Assembly (NCBI GenBank): GCA_963663965.2
Contig: CAXXFK010000032.1
Coordinates: forward strand, 108,192 to 172,191
Reading direction: 5' to 3'
Length of the DNA: 64,000 bases
Source: Sedimentisphaerales bacterium
Lineage (GTDB): Bacteria > Planctomycetota > Phycisphaerae > Sedimentisphaerales > SM23-30
The notes under the pieces were generated by a model that ran no database searches, was not told where the DNA came from, and saw only the letters and a program-made list of their open reading frames with translations. Shown here one piece after another: positions 54,733 through 64,000 of this stretch. The translations under genes were made by a program, and so were the position numbers. Numbering within the stretch: position 1 is the first letter of the stretch; each line of letters begins with the position of its first letter.

Positions 54733-54777
54733 ACATAAATGTAATTATTGACAACTTTGTACACACTTTTGTATAAT
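54733..54777 (+). promoter_or_regulatory. sigma70 promoter of the activator gene, overlapped by ACA-N4-TGT sites
   Basis: TTGACA(54748)-N18-TATAAT(54772); ACATAAATGT 54733, ACAACTTTGT 54751, ACACTTTTGT 54763. Confidence 0.75.
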
Positions 54778-54845
54778 TTCCCAAGTGTTATCACAATTTT
54801 TACCTATTACTAATTGATCTGAACTTTATTGTTTAAGGGAACCCG

Positions 54846-56375
54846 ATGAGTTCGATTCATGTAAAACAGCTTGAAACACTTTACAAAATTAGCAATATTA
54901 TCGCTTCCGGTACCCAGCAAAAGCTCATTTTCGCTGAAGTTCTCGATACGTTAGAGAATGATTTGGGTATGAAACGCGGCACGATTACCCTGCTATCGTC
55001 CCAAAGTGACGAAATTGTCATAGAAGTTGCCCATAATCTATCTGATCAGAATAAACATATCCGATTTCGGACGGGCGAAGGCATCACCGGCCAGGTGGTT
55101 CAGTCCGGCAAAGCCCGCATCGTACCCAAAGTATCCGAAGAACCCCAGTTCCTCAATCGCATCAATCGCATAAAAAATTCCAGCGAAGAAATGAGCTTTA
55201 TCTGCGTACCCATTTCCAGCGGGAATGATGTCATAGGGACAATCGCTATCGATCGACCCTGGGATCCTGGCATTAATCTCGAAGAAGATATGCGTTTATT
55301 GAGTATTGTCGCCAGTATGATCGCGTATGATGTCCGGATCCGCCGGGAGCAGGAACAAAAATTCCAGGAATTTGAAGACGAAAACTTACGACTCAGAAAT
55401 GAGCTGGAAGACCGGTTCCGTCCGGAAAATATCATCGGAAATTCCAATGCCATGCGCGAAGTCTATCGGGCGATCCATCAGGTCGCCCCAAGCGATACCA
55501 CGGTTTTGATTCGCGGGGAATCGGGCACGGGCAAAGAACTGGTCGCTCACGCCATCCATTATACCAGTCCCCGGGCCAAAAGACCTTTTGTCCGGGTCAA
55601 TTGCGCGGCCATGAGCGAAAGCCTCCTTGAAAGCGAATTGTTTGGCCACGAAAAAGGCGCTTTCACCGGCGCGATACAATCCCGTATCGGCCATATCGAA
55701 GAAGCGGAAGACGGCACATTATTTCTGGATGAAATCGGCGATTTTTCACCGGCCATCCAGGTAAAGCTCCTGCGCGTACTGCAGGAAAGGGAATACAAAC
55801 GGGTCGGCAGCAATCAAACACTGAAATCAAACGCCCGGATAATCTGCGCCACCAACCGGGACCTCGAAAAGGCGGTCGCCAACGGGCAGTTCCGGCAGGA
55901 TCTCTATTATCGAATCAATGTGTTCCCGATTTTTCTGCCTCCGCTCCGGGATCGTAAAGATGATATCCTGCAACTGGCGGACTATTTTGTCGAGCGCTAC
56001 GCCAAAAAACTGAACAAAGATGTCCGACGAATCAGTACGCCGGCCATTAATATGATGGTATCCTATCATTGGCCCGGTAACGTTCGCGAACTGGAAAACT
56101 GTATCGAACGGGCAGTGCTTCTGAGTTCTGATGGCGTTATCCAGGGACACCACCTGCCCCCCACCCTGCAAACCTCCGATGCCTCGGATACTATCGGCAC
56201 CGGTTCTTTCCGTGAGCGGGTGGGATTATTCGAACGCGATCTGGTCATCGATGCTCTCAAACGTAATGATGGTAATATTTCAGCGGCAGCCCGGGATTTG
56301 CAATCAACCGCACGGATTGTCCGCTATAAAATAAGCGAATTAGATATTGACTATAAACGTTATTGCCGTAAATAG
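54846..56375 (+). CDS. NifA-like sigma54-dependent activator (GAF-AAA+-HTH)
   Basis: GAF domain ([15 protein letters not shown]); [40 protein letters not shown]; Fis-type HTH. Confidence 0.93.
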   Translation: MSSIHVKQLETLYKISNIIASGTQQKLIFAEVLDTLENDLGMKRGTITLLSSQSDEIVIEVAHNLSDQNKHIRFRTGEGITGQVVQSGKARIVPKVSEEPQFLNRINRIKNSSEEMSFICVPISSGNDVIGTIAIDRPWDPGINLEEDMRLLSIVASMIAYDVRIRREQEQKFQEFEDENLRLRNELEDRFRPENIIGNSNAMREVYRAIHQVAPSDTTVLIRGESGTGKELVAHAIHYTSPRAKRPFVRVNCAAMSESLLESELFGHEKGAFTGAIQSRIGHIEEAEDGTLFLDEIGDFSPAIQVKLLRVLQEREYKRVGSNQTLKSNARIICATNRDLEKAVANGQFRQDLYYRINVFPIFLPPLRDRKDDILQLADYFVERYAKKLNKDVRRISTPAINMMVSYHWPGNVRELENCIERAVLLSSDGVIQGHHLPPTLQTSDASDTIGTGSFRERVGLFERDLVIDALKRNDGNISAAARDLQSTARIVRYKISELDIDYKRYCRK

Positions 56376-56526
56376 TATACTGGATAGTCCTGCCGGAATA
56401 TGCCGGGAATGACTCTGATCCGCATGGCAAGAATTGCGTTTCCCGACAGATACTCTGGCAAATTTTTGGGACCAGCTATCCCGTAGTATCCGTTTTTGAT
56501 AACCCACTGACTAACCGGGAGCCACG

Positions 56527-57897
56527 ATGCTTCGTACCGAAGATATTCTGACCACTGTCCGTATGTTACAAGCCGAAAATCTTGATGTTCGGGCCGTTAC
56601 CATGGGAATTGATCTCAATGAATGCGCCGGACCGGATATCAAATCGATGTGCCGGAAGGTGCTGCATAAAATCACCAGCAGGGCTGCCGGCCTGGTGGCT
56701 GTCTGCGATCAGGTCAGTTCCAGATATCAGATTCCGATCGTCAATAAACGACTGGCGATTTCACCTGCCAGTCTTTTACTCGAAGGGCACGGTCCGGCCG
56801 CAGCCCTGGAACTGGCTCGCACCCTGGATGAGGCGGCCGGCAAAATCCGGGTCGATCTTCTGGGTGGATTTACCGCCCTGGTTGAACGAGGGAAAACGGC
56901 TGGTCAGCACGTATTGCTGGATTCATTGCCGCAGGTTCTCAGTCAGACCCAGAGGGTCTGTTCTTCGGTTAACGTAGCCACTTCCAAAGCCGGTATTAAT
57001 ATGAATGCCGTCCGTGAAATGGGTATTATTATTAAAAAAATCTCGGAAGCGACCGCCGATTCCGGTGGATTCGGCTGTGCGAAACTGGTCGTTTTTGCCA
57101 ATATTCCTTATGACAACCCGTTTATGGCCGGCGCTTTTCTGGGACATGGCCAGGGAGATAGTGTCATCAATATTGGCGTCAGCGGGCCGGGGGTGGTCAA
57201 ATCGGCTCTCGAGAGTGTGCGGGCCGCCGGTCCTTGTACCCTGGACGAACTGGCGGAAAATATCAAATTGACCGCGTTCCGGGTGACCCGGGTGGGAGAA
57301 TTGATCGGCCGTGAAGTCGCGCGCACCCTGAAAATACCGTTCGGAATCGTTGACCTGTCGCTGGCTCCCACCCCCAAAGTTGGAGATAGTATCGGCGAAA
57401 TCTTTAATGCCATGGGGATTGATGCTGTGGGCGGAGCAGGCACCACCGCGGCGCTGGCAATGCTCAATGACGCCGTTAAAAAAGGCGGTTTGTTTGCCAG
57501 CAGTTCCGTGGGTGGACTCAGTGGAGCCTTTATTCCTGTTCTGGAAGATGCCAATCTCGCCGAAGCCGCCCGCCGGGGCTATTTGTCTCTGGAAAAGCTC
57601 GAAGCCATGACCTCCGTCTGTTCCGTGGGCCTGGATATGATCCTGCTCCCGGGTGATATTGATCCGGCCACGATCGGCAACATGATCGCGGACGAAATGG
57701 CTATCGGAATGATTAACAATAAAACCACAGCCGCCCGCCTGATTCCTGTTCCAGGCAAAAAAGCCGGGGACGAAGTCTCTTTTGGCGGTTTGTTTGGCGC
57801 CGGGCCGGTGATGGCTGTTCGGAATTCCGGCCGGAATGCTGACTTTATTAATCAAGGCGGCCGCATCCCCGCGCCCATTCATAGCTTGAACAATTAA
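56527..57897 (+). CDS. DUF711/UPF0210 (PFL-like) family protein
   Basis: NLDVRAVTMGI, PIVNKR, DNPFMAGA, VDLSLAPT, LEAMTSVCSVGLDM, GGRIPAP. Confidence 0.92.
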   Translation: MLRTEDILTTVRMLQAENLDVRAVTMGIDLNECAGPDIKSMCRKVLHKITSRAAGLVAVCDQVSSRYQIPIVNKRLAISPASLLLEGHGPAAALELARTLDEAAGKIRVDLLGGFTALVERGKTAGQHVLLDSLPQVLSQTQRVCSSVNVATSKAGINMNAVREMGIIIKKISEATADSGGFGCAKLVVFANIPYDNPFMAGAFLGHGQGDSVINIGVSGPGVVKSALESVRAAGPCTLDELAENIKLTAFRVTRVGELIGREVARTLKIPFGIVDLSLAPTPKVGDSIGEIFNAMGIDAVGGAGTTAALAMLNDAVKKGGLFASSSVGGLSGAFIPVLEDANLAEAARRGYLSLEKLEAMTSVCSVGLDMILLPGDIDPATIGNMIADEMAIGMINNKTTAARLIPVPGKKAGDEVSFGGLFGAGPVMAVRNSGRNADFINQGGRIPAPIHSLNN

Positions 57898-57927
57898 TTT
57901 GATGTTTATCGAGATAGCGAGGTTATC

Positions 57928-58512
57928 ATGAGCAAAAAAATCATTTTCTTATGCGGATCTCCCCGCGCCAACGGCAATACCAATACGCTGGTAAACTGGG
58001 TCGCCCAGGCGGCCCAAGAGGCCGGGGCCATAACCGATATCGTCAGTGTCGTAGGCATCGAGAGCCGCTCCATCGGCTGTCGCTGTTGCCTGGGATGTCA
58101 GAATTCAGACAAATATGAATGTGTTATCAGTGATGATGTCAGCGATCTGATGAAAAGAATATTGCAATATGACATCATAGTATTCGCCACGCCGGTTTAT
58201 TTCTTTGGCCCCAGCGCCCAGTTAAAAAACGTCATGGATCGCATGTTCTGTCATATCAAAATGAATCCACAGGATGGCTCTTATACGATGGCCCGTAACG
58301 ATCTGTCCTACGGCCTGATTGCCTCAGCCGGGGGCGATCTGGATGGAGGTCTTAACCTGACTCGGGACACCTTTCAGATGCTGGCGGATTTTACCGGACG
58401 CCCTTTCAAACCCCTGTTTCTGCCTTTGGCGCCTATGGACCCTGCGGAACTCCAAAACAATATTGAAATCAGGAACAGGGCCCGGATATATGGCCGGGAT
58501 TTAGTCAGCTAA
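57928..58512 (+). CDS. iron-sulfur flavoprotein / flavodoxin family
   Basis: GSPRANGNT; CxxCxxC-x7-C; ATPVYF...LK...DR. Confidence 0.88.
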   Translation: MSKKIIFLCGSPRANGNTNTLVNWVAQAAQEAGAITDIVSVVGIESRSIGCRCCLGCQNSDKYECVISDDVSDLMKRILQYDIIVFATPVYFFGPSAQLKNVMDRMFCHIKMNPQDGSYTMARNDLSYGLIASAGGDLDGGLNLTRDTFQMLADFTGRPFKPLFLPLAPMDPAELQNNIEIRNRARIYGRDLVS

Positions 58513-58628
58513 AGATTGCCTCAAAAAAAGCAAAATGATCCTTTGATCCTCTTTGGAGGCTATACTTAAATATCGAATAACTAATTTTGTGCTGACCATT
58601 TACACACTCAATACGGATAGTATGCCAA

Positions 58629-60653
58629 TTGTTTAATCATTTTTGTAAAAGAAAAGCCGATGCCAGGCCAGTCGCCCTCTGGAAAAGCCTGCTGGTGAAT
58701 CTGGTCGTTGTCATGGTCATTCTGGTGGCAAGCATCATGGTCATCATGATCTCAAGCACCCGTAATCTGGCGGACCGGTTGTCTCACACCATCATTTCCC
58801 GGACCATAGATCAGGTCGAAAACAAAATGGAAGTGTTTTTCGAACCGGCGCTGACCGAATTGAATCTCCTTTCGAACTGGATCAAAGAAGGAATGATCGA
58901 TCCGGTCTGCCAAACCGAAACGCTGCAACTCCTGAAAACACTTGTCGAACCGGTCGATCAGATCGCAACAGTAAAACTCGCGACCGAATCGGATCAGGTG
59001 ACGATGGTTCGGCAGGCCGAGGCCATGGTTTGTCTGGAAAAAGCGGCATCTGACCAAAGGGAATTGCAGACGCGCCTGCGCAATCTTCACAAACTGGAAG
59101 GCCCCAACCGCTATCACTTTTATCAGGAAATGGCGAAACAGTCATCGACTCTTTTTGATAACAAATCTGGAATCTATTGGGCGGAAACCCAGCTGCCGGT
59201 CAGGGAAGGGTATCGTGTATTCAGTATCTTTCGTTTTTGTACCACTCAGAATGGATTGCCATGCGTGGTCAGTTTCGATATATCGTTCAGAAAAATGGTT
59301 GAATATGCCCAGAATATCCAGGTCTCCCAGAATGGGGATTTGTTTATCTTGTCCGAACGCCGGGATGTGCTGGCCATGACCCGCACGGGATTTATTGGCC
59401 GGCGCTTCATCGCTCGTGAACCGGGTTCGATCGACCAGCAAGATCAGGACATCGCCACCATACGGTCCGCCTGGCAGAATTATCTGACCAAACGATCCTC
59501 CCAGGATGAAAACAGACCGATCATACGCTTCAACAGTAACGGCAAGGCCTGGTGGAGTGCGGTGGACAAGTTTTTCGCCGGCAACATCAAAGAACTGGCT
59601 ATTCTGGTCGTTGTCCCCGAATCCGACCTGGTGGTAAATATGGACCAGCGGCGGATCTGGATCCTGTCGACGGTATTCCTGGTGTTAACCGCCGGCATTA
59701 TCCGGGCCATTCACATCGCCCGCAAATACAGCAGACCGATCGAATCGCTCGTCCGCCAGAGCGATCGGATAAGCCGGGGTGATCTGGATACCTACGAACC
59801 GGTTGGCAGTTGTGATATTCACGAAATCTATCAGCTGGCCCAGGCCCACGAAAGAATGAGAGCCGGCCTGAAAACCCTGATGCGGCTTGAAGGGGAACTG
59901 CAACTGGCGCATCAGATTCAACAAAAAACCATCCCCGATCAACTGCCGCACATTGATGGATTCGATCTGGCCGCCTGGACTCAGCCCGCGGAAAAAACCG
60001 GGGGGGACATTTACGATATCTTTGGCTATGAACAGGATGAAGCGGGCAATGTTCGCCTGAATTCCGGTCCGGGCGCCAAGGCCATGCTGGTCCTGGCGGA
60101 CGCTTCCGGACATGGTATCGGCCCGGCCTTGTCGGTCACCCAATTAAGAGCCATGATTCGCATGGCCGCCAGACTGACCTGGGATATCGAACACATCGCT
60201 CAGCATATTAATGAACAGATTACTGCTGACCTCCCCGAAGGACGCTTTATCACCGCCTGGCTGGCGGAAATTGACCGTCAATCCGGATGCCTGAGTTGGT
60301 TCAGCGCTGGCCAGGCGCCACTTTTTTACTATCATGCCGCGACTGCCGATTTGGTCCAGTATGGGGCCGATACCATCCCGTTCGGCATCCTCGATTATCT
60401 CGATAATATTAAATTGCATCGAATGGAAATGGCGCCCGGCGATCTGATGGTTGTTGTCTCAGATGGTATTTTCGAGGCGTTTAACGATCAAGAGGAACAA
60501 TTCAGCCTGGAAAGAGTCCGGGCGCTGATCGCTAGAAATTACGATAGTTCCGCTCAGAATCTACTTCAGACCATTCGTTATCACACCGAACAGTTCATGG
60601 GCAACACCCCTTCCCGGGATGATCAGACCATTATTGTCATTAAAAAAATCTGA
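58629..60653 (+). CDS. membrane sensor PP2C/SpoIIE phosphatase with HAMP domain
   Basis: TM-periplasmic-TM-HAMP; GGDIYD, ADASGHG, SDG, DDQT; start codon uncertain. Confidence 0.9.
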   Translation: MFNHFCKRKADARPVALWKSLLVNLVVVMVILVASIMVIMISSTRNLADRLSHTIISRTIDQVENKMEVFFEPALTELNLLSNWIKEGMIDPVCQTETLQLLKTLVEPVDQIATVKLATESDQVTMVRQAEAMVCLEKAASDQRELQTRLRNLHKLEGPNRYHFYQEMAKQSSTLFDNKSGIYWAETQLPVREGYRVFSIFRFCTTQNGLPCVVSFDISFRKMVEYAQNIQVSQNGDLFILSERRDVLAMTRTGFIGRRFIAREPGSIDQQDQDIATIRSAWQNYLTKRSSQDENRPIIRFNSNGKAWWSAVDKFFAGNIKELAILVVVPESDLVVNMDQRRIWILSTVFLVLTAGIIRAIHIARKYSRPIESLVRQSDRISRGDLDTYEPVGSCDIHEIYQLAQAHERMRAGLKTLMRLEGELQLAHQIQQKTIPDQLPHIDGFDLAAWTQPAEKTGGDIYDIFGYEQDEAGNVRLNSGPGAKAMLVLADASGHGIGPALSVTQLRAMIRMAARLTWDIEHIAQHINEQITADLPEGRFITAWLAEIDRQSGCLSWFSAGQAPLFYYHAATADLVQYGADTIPFGILDYLDNIKLHRMEMAPGDLMVVVSDGIFEAFNDQEEQFSLERVRALIARNYDSSAQNLLQTIRYHTEQFMGNTPSRDDQTIIVIKKI

Positions 60654-60667
60654 CCCGATCGTCAGGC

Positions 60668-61588
60668 TTATTTTTCGGCTTTTTTGCTTCGGGATTCCGC
60701 TTCAATGTAAATACGTTTCACCGTGGGAAACTGGTTTTTGATGTCACTGTCAAGGCTGGCAATGGTCGTTTCGATTTCTGACGCGGTTAATCGATCGGCA
60801 AAATCAACGCTGATCGTCACCAGGATGAATTCCGGCCCCATATGCATCGTCAGCACTTCATTGATCGCCTCGATAGAGGCCATCCCATCCACAATTTCTC
60901 GAATCCCCTGGACAATCCACTGATTGGCGCTCTCTCCGATCAGCAGCCCTTTGGTTTCATAAGCCAGCCAGCCGGCCGTTCCCGCCAGAATCAATCCGAT
61001 CATCATCGACGCAAGGCCATCGATAAAATGCCATCCGGTCAACTGACTGAGGAATATCCCCAGAAAAGCCACCAGTAATCCCAGCATGGCGGCGGAATCC
61101 TCAAATAAAACGACAAAGATCGAAGGATCTTTCCCTTTATGAACCGCTTCAATATATCCCCATTTTCCCTTGGCTTTGGTAAACTCCACCAAGGCAAAAT
61201 ACCAGGCGGCCCCCTCAAAAGCCATTGCCATTCCCAACACAATATAATTTAAAACCGGATTCTCCATCGCGTGGGGATGGCGGACCTGCTGATACCCTTT
61301 GACCAGCGACACACCCGCACCGACTCCGAATATCATAATTGCTACCACAAAACTCCAAAAATAGATCTCCTTGCCATGCCCGAACGGAAAACGGTCGTTG
61401 GCCGGCTTATGAGACTGCTTGATGCCAAATAGCAATAAAATCTGATTGCCGGTATCAACCAGGGAATGGATGCCTTCCGAAAACATCGCGGAACTGCCGC
61501 TGATCATCGCGGCCGCAAATTTGGTTAATGCAATCAGCGTATTCCCCGCCAGGGCGGCATAGATTACTTTCTTTGATGAACCTGCCAT
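60668..61588 (-). CDS. cation diffusion facilitator transporter
   Basis: SSAMFSEGIHSLVD, PFGHGKE, EDSAA; C-terminal dimerisation domain. Confidence 0.92.
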   Translation of the reverse strand: MAGSSKKVIYAALAGNTLIALTKFAAAMISGSSAMFSEGIHSLVDTGNQILLLFGIKQSHKPANDRFPFGHGKEIYFWSFVVAIMIFGVGAGVSLVKGYQQVRHPHAMENPVLNYIVLGMAMAFEGAAWYFALVEFTKAKGKWGYIEAVHKGKDPSIFVVLFEDSAAMLGLLVAFLGIFLSQLTGWHFIDGLASMMIGLILAGTAGWLAYETKGLLIGESANQWIVQGIREIVDGMASIEAINEVLTMHMGPEFILVTISVDFADRLTASEIETTIASLDSDIKNQFPTVKRIYIEAESRSKKAEK

Positions 61589-61837
61589 AGTATGTCAGTC
61601 TCCTGGTATATTTGTTTCGTTAAAATTTTAGCGTCCATTCGTGGTTCGCATATTTTATCTTCGTGCCTTCATGTGAACCTATTTTCCTTTTTTTTCGTAC
61701 TACAATCCATCATTTCTTTGTTTTCTTAGCAAGCTTTTTGTTCTTATGTTTTATAAGCAAAGTAATGACTACATCTTACAAGATATTTTAATGATCCCGA
61801 ACTTTTGATCCTGTTGATCGGCTGAAAGTCCCGGATA

Positions 61838-61868
61838 TTGAGCAAAGCGAAATCCCGAGCCCTCGGGA
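61838..61868 (+). mobile_element. 31-bp mini-element (TTGAGC.AGCGAAA + TCCCGA-N4-TCGGGA)
   Basis: Stand-alone copy; further copies at 62244, 62541, 62856 and 63434; precisely absent at 63146|63147. Confidence 0.55.
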
Positions 61869-62116
61869 TCGGGATTATCCTGTCTAAATGGCTGTTTATC
61901 TTAGTGGCTTGGTGCGATAGCGTACGAACCGGGCCCAACCAGCCAATTTATTTTGACTGTTAATAAGGTACGAATGAAATGGAAGCCAGCAAAAACAACA
62001 CAACCCGGCAACCCAAACGTAAAAGGCCCGAAGGTCGAAGATCCGCCTCAGGAGGAGCCGACCGTTTCTAGCCGGGGTCGTAAGACCGCCGGTCAACGAT
62101 TGTTTTTTAATTTTTT

Positions 62117-63471
62117 CCACGCCTCGCAGAGGCGTACCGACAGGATTTCGCACCGAAGGCGAAAGATAACGTAGCATGGGCAACCCCCGGTTGCCCATCC
62201 TGGTTTAACCAGCCATGAGCGCAGCGAATACCAACACAAAACGTTGAGCACAGCGAAATCCCGATCTATCGGGAAACCCAATGATGAAAATAATGACCCT
62301 AACCTTACCAACGAAATGAGCTTAACAAAAAATAAAAACTCATCCGCCTCAAGGCGGATACAAATAATATCTCGAAGAGATCAAAAGCGCCTAGCCCGCC
62401 AATTCATTGGCGGGAAAACTTTGCTACTTCCTGCTTGCTACTTTGATTAATCCACGCCTCGCAGAGGCGTACCTGCAGGATTTCGCACCGAAGGCGAAAG
62501 ATAAAACCACCATGAGCGCAGCGAATACCAATACAAAACGTTGAGCGCAGCGAAATCCCGAGCTATCGGGAAACCCAATGATGAAAAAATGTCACTCTAA
62601 CCTCAGCGTTAAAATGAGCTTAACAAAAAATAAAAAAACATCCGCCGAACGGCGGATACCCAAAGCGGCCCAACGGGCAAGTATAAAATAGCCCAGGGCA
62701 GAGCGAGTCCCGATCCATCGGGACGAGCGCCACCCTGGGTAACAAACACGAAATTAAATTTTTAACCCACGCCTCGCAGAGGCGTACCGACAGGATATCT
62801 CGCAAAAGAGATAGATAAAACCAAACATGAGCGCAGCGAATACCAATACAAAACGTTGAGCACAGCGAAATCCCGATCTATCGGAAACCCAATGATGAAA
62901 ATAATAACCCTAACCTCACCAAAGAAATGAGCTTAACAAAAAATAAAAACTCCTCCGCCTCAAGGCGGATACAAATAATATCTCGAAGAGATCAAAAGCG
63001 CATAGCCCGCCAATTCATTGGCGGGAATACCCGAACCCGAGTTTGAAACTTTTAACCCACGCCTCGCAGAGGCGTACCGACAGGATATCTCGCAAAAGAG
63101 ATAGATAAAACTAACCATGAGCGCAGCGAATACCAAATTCAAAACGAACCCAATGATGAAAAAATGTCACTCTAACCTCAGCGTTAAAATGAGCTTAACT
63201 AAAAATGAAACGAACATCCGCCAAATGGCGGATACCCAAAGCGGCCCAACGGGTCGGCATAAAATAGCCCAGAGGGGCAGAGCGAGTCCCGATCCATCGG
63301 GACGAGCGACACCCTGGGTACCAAACCCGAAATTAAAATTTTAACCCACGCCTCGCAGAGGCGTACCGCCAGGTTATCTCGCAAAAGAGATAGATAAAAC
63401 TAACATGAGCGCAGCGAATACCAACACAAAACGTTGAGCACAGCAAAATCCCGATCTAACGGGAAACCCAA
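62117..63471. repeat. tandem array of ~290-335-bp composite palindromic units in A-B-A-B-partial order
   Basis: Anchor CCACGCCTCGCAGAGGCGTACC at 62117, 62452, 62767, 63057 and 63346; alternating A/B interiors; many hairpins per unit. Confidence 0.9.
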
Positions 63472-63480
63472 CATGAATAA

Positions 63481-64000
63481 ATATCAAATCGCCCAGTCAG
63501 ACCGAACCCCTCCTCGCCGGCGAACAGACCCGTTTTTGTCGGCGCGGACCGCAAGCTTACTCTTTCTCGCGCCGGGTCGCAAAACGCCCGCCTGTGTTCT
63601 GTTGAAATCACCCACATGGTCCCGGACCAGATCCCCGGCAACCTCTATTTTGGCTATAGCGCCGCCAATACCGGCCATATCGACGAAGATTATCACCACC
63701 GCTACCAGTGGAACGACAATCTCCCCGATTCGCGCTGTACCCGGGTCATCGACAAGACGCAGGATGGCGACAGCCCAGATGCTGACATCCCTGTCGAAGT
63801 CTATTACCGCTACGACGCCTTCGGCCGGCGCGTGGGGCCATTATTACAAATGGCCCACCGGTAGCGGCAATCCTGCCAGTCTGCCGGCCTCCAGCGAATT
63901 CCACGACAAGGAACTGGTTTACGACGGGGTCATGCTCGTGGAGGAATGGTATGCCGATTCGGCCCCGGCCGCGCTGCAAAACAAGCTCAAACACCGCTAC
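63481..64000 (+). pseudogene. Rhs/YD-repeat protein fragment, 5'-truncated or frameshifted, running off the window
   Basis: YYRYDAFGRRVG, then after a 1-nt shift at ~63835 ...LVYDGVMLVEEWY...KHRY; no clear upstream start. Confidence 0.65.

Noticed and set aside
54846..56375. Assigning nifA / nitrogen fixation
   Set aside because: No nif genes are in the window, and the recurring upstream motif is not TGT-N10-ACA
56425..56438. sigma54 promoter upstream of the DUF711 gene (TGGCAAGAATTGCG)
   Set aside because: GG-GC spacing is 8 nt, not the required 10
62117..63471. CRISPR array
   Set aside because: The period is ~300 bp, the intervening sequences repeat (A/B) rather than being unique spacers, and no cas genes are in view
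61744..63699. Short ORFs on both strands across the repeat region
   Set aside because: They are translations of the repeats; frames are not preserved between units

Overview
Bacterial chromosomal window, most likely from a planctomycete of the Phycisphaerae/Sedimentisphaerales type. This is an inference from the dockerin-like 'DIDLADF...W / DINDDQSVDLIDL...NWL' tail, the DUF1080 protein and the pilin-like genes. Clusters of single-base indels in short homopolymers (about 2.0-4.4 kb, 12.9-13.6 kb and 63.5-63.9 kb) suggest long-read assembly errors. Content in order: (i) a 7-gene envelope operon (TPR lipoprotein, two secreted coiled-coil proteins, ExbB/ExbD, a TonB-like protein with a non-canonical C-domain, and a small exported protein), converging on a secreted caspase-FGE fusion and a TPR/CsgG-like lipoprotein; (ii) a ~2,500-aa beta-helix surface protein; (iii) a pilin-like pair, TRAP transporter, ribBA, DUF1080, DegT aminotransferase, flippase, beta-helix glycanase and sigma28-driven yjfB; (iv) a sigma54-driven trxA-DUF302-MMPL-LolA-like-beta-barrel operon; (v) GH16, EEP, TPR, PAS-GGDEF and tRNA-Glu; (vi) an ~11-kb nitrogen island with glnA, 3 PII, 3 Amt, a TorF-like porin and a NifA-like activator. 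The island has four sigma54 promoters, a shared paired ACA-N4-TGT operator, and a candidate 3'-UTR-derived sRNA complementary to amt and activator leaders; (vii) DUF711, an iron-sulfur flavoprotein, a PP2C phosphatase and a CDF transporter; (viii) a ~1.4-kb higher-order array of nested palindromic mini-elements abutting an Rhs fragment at the window end.
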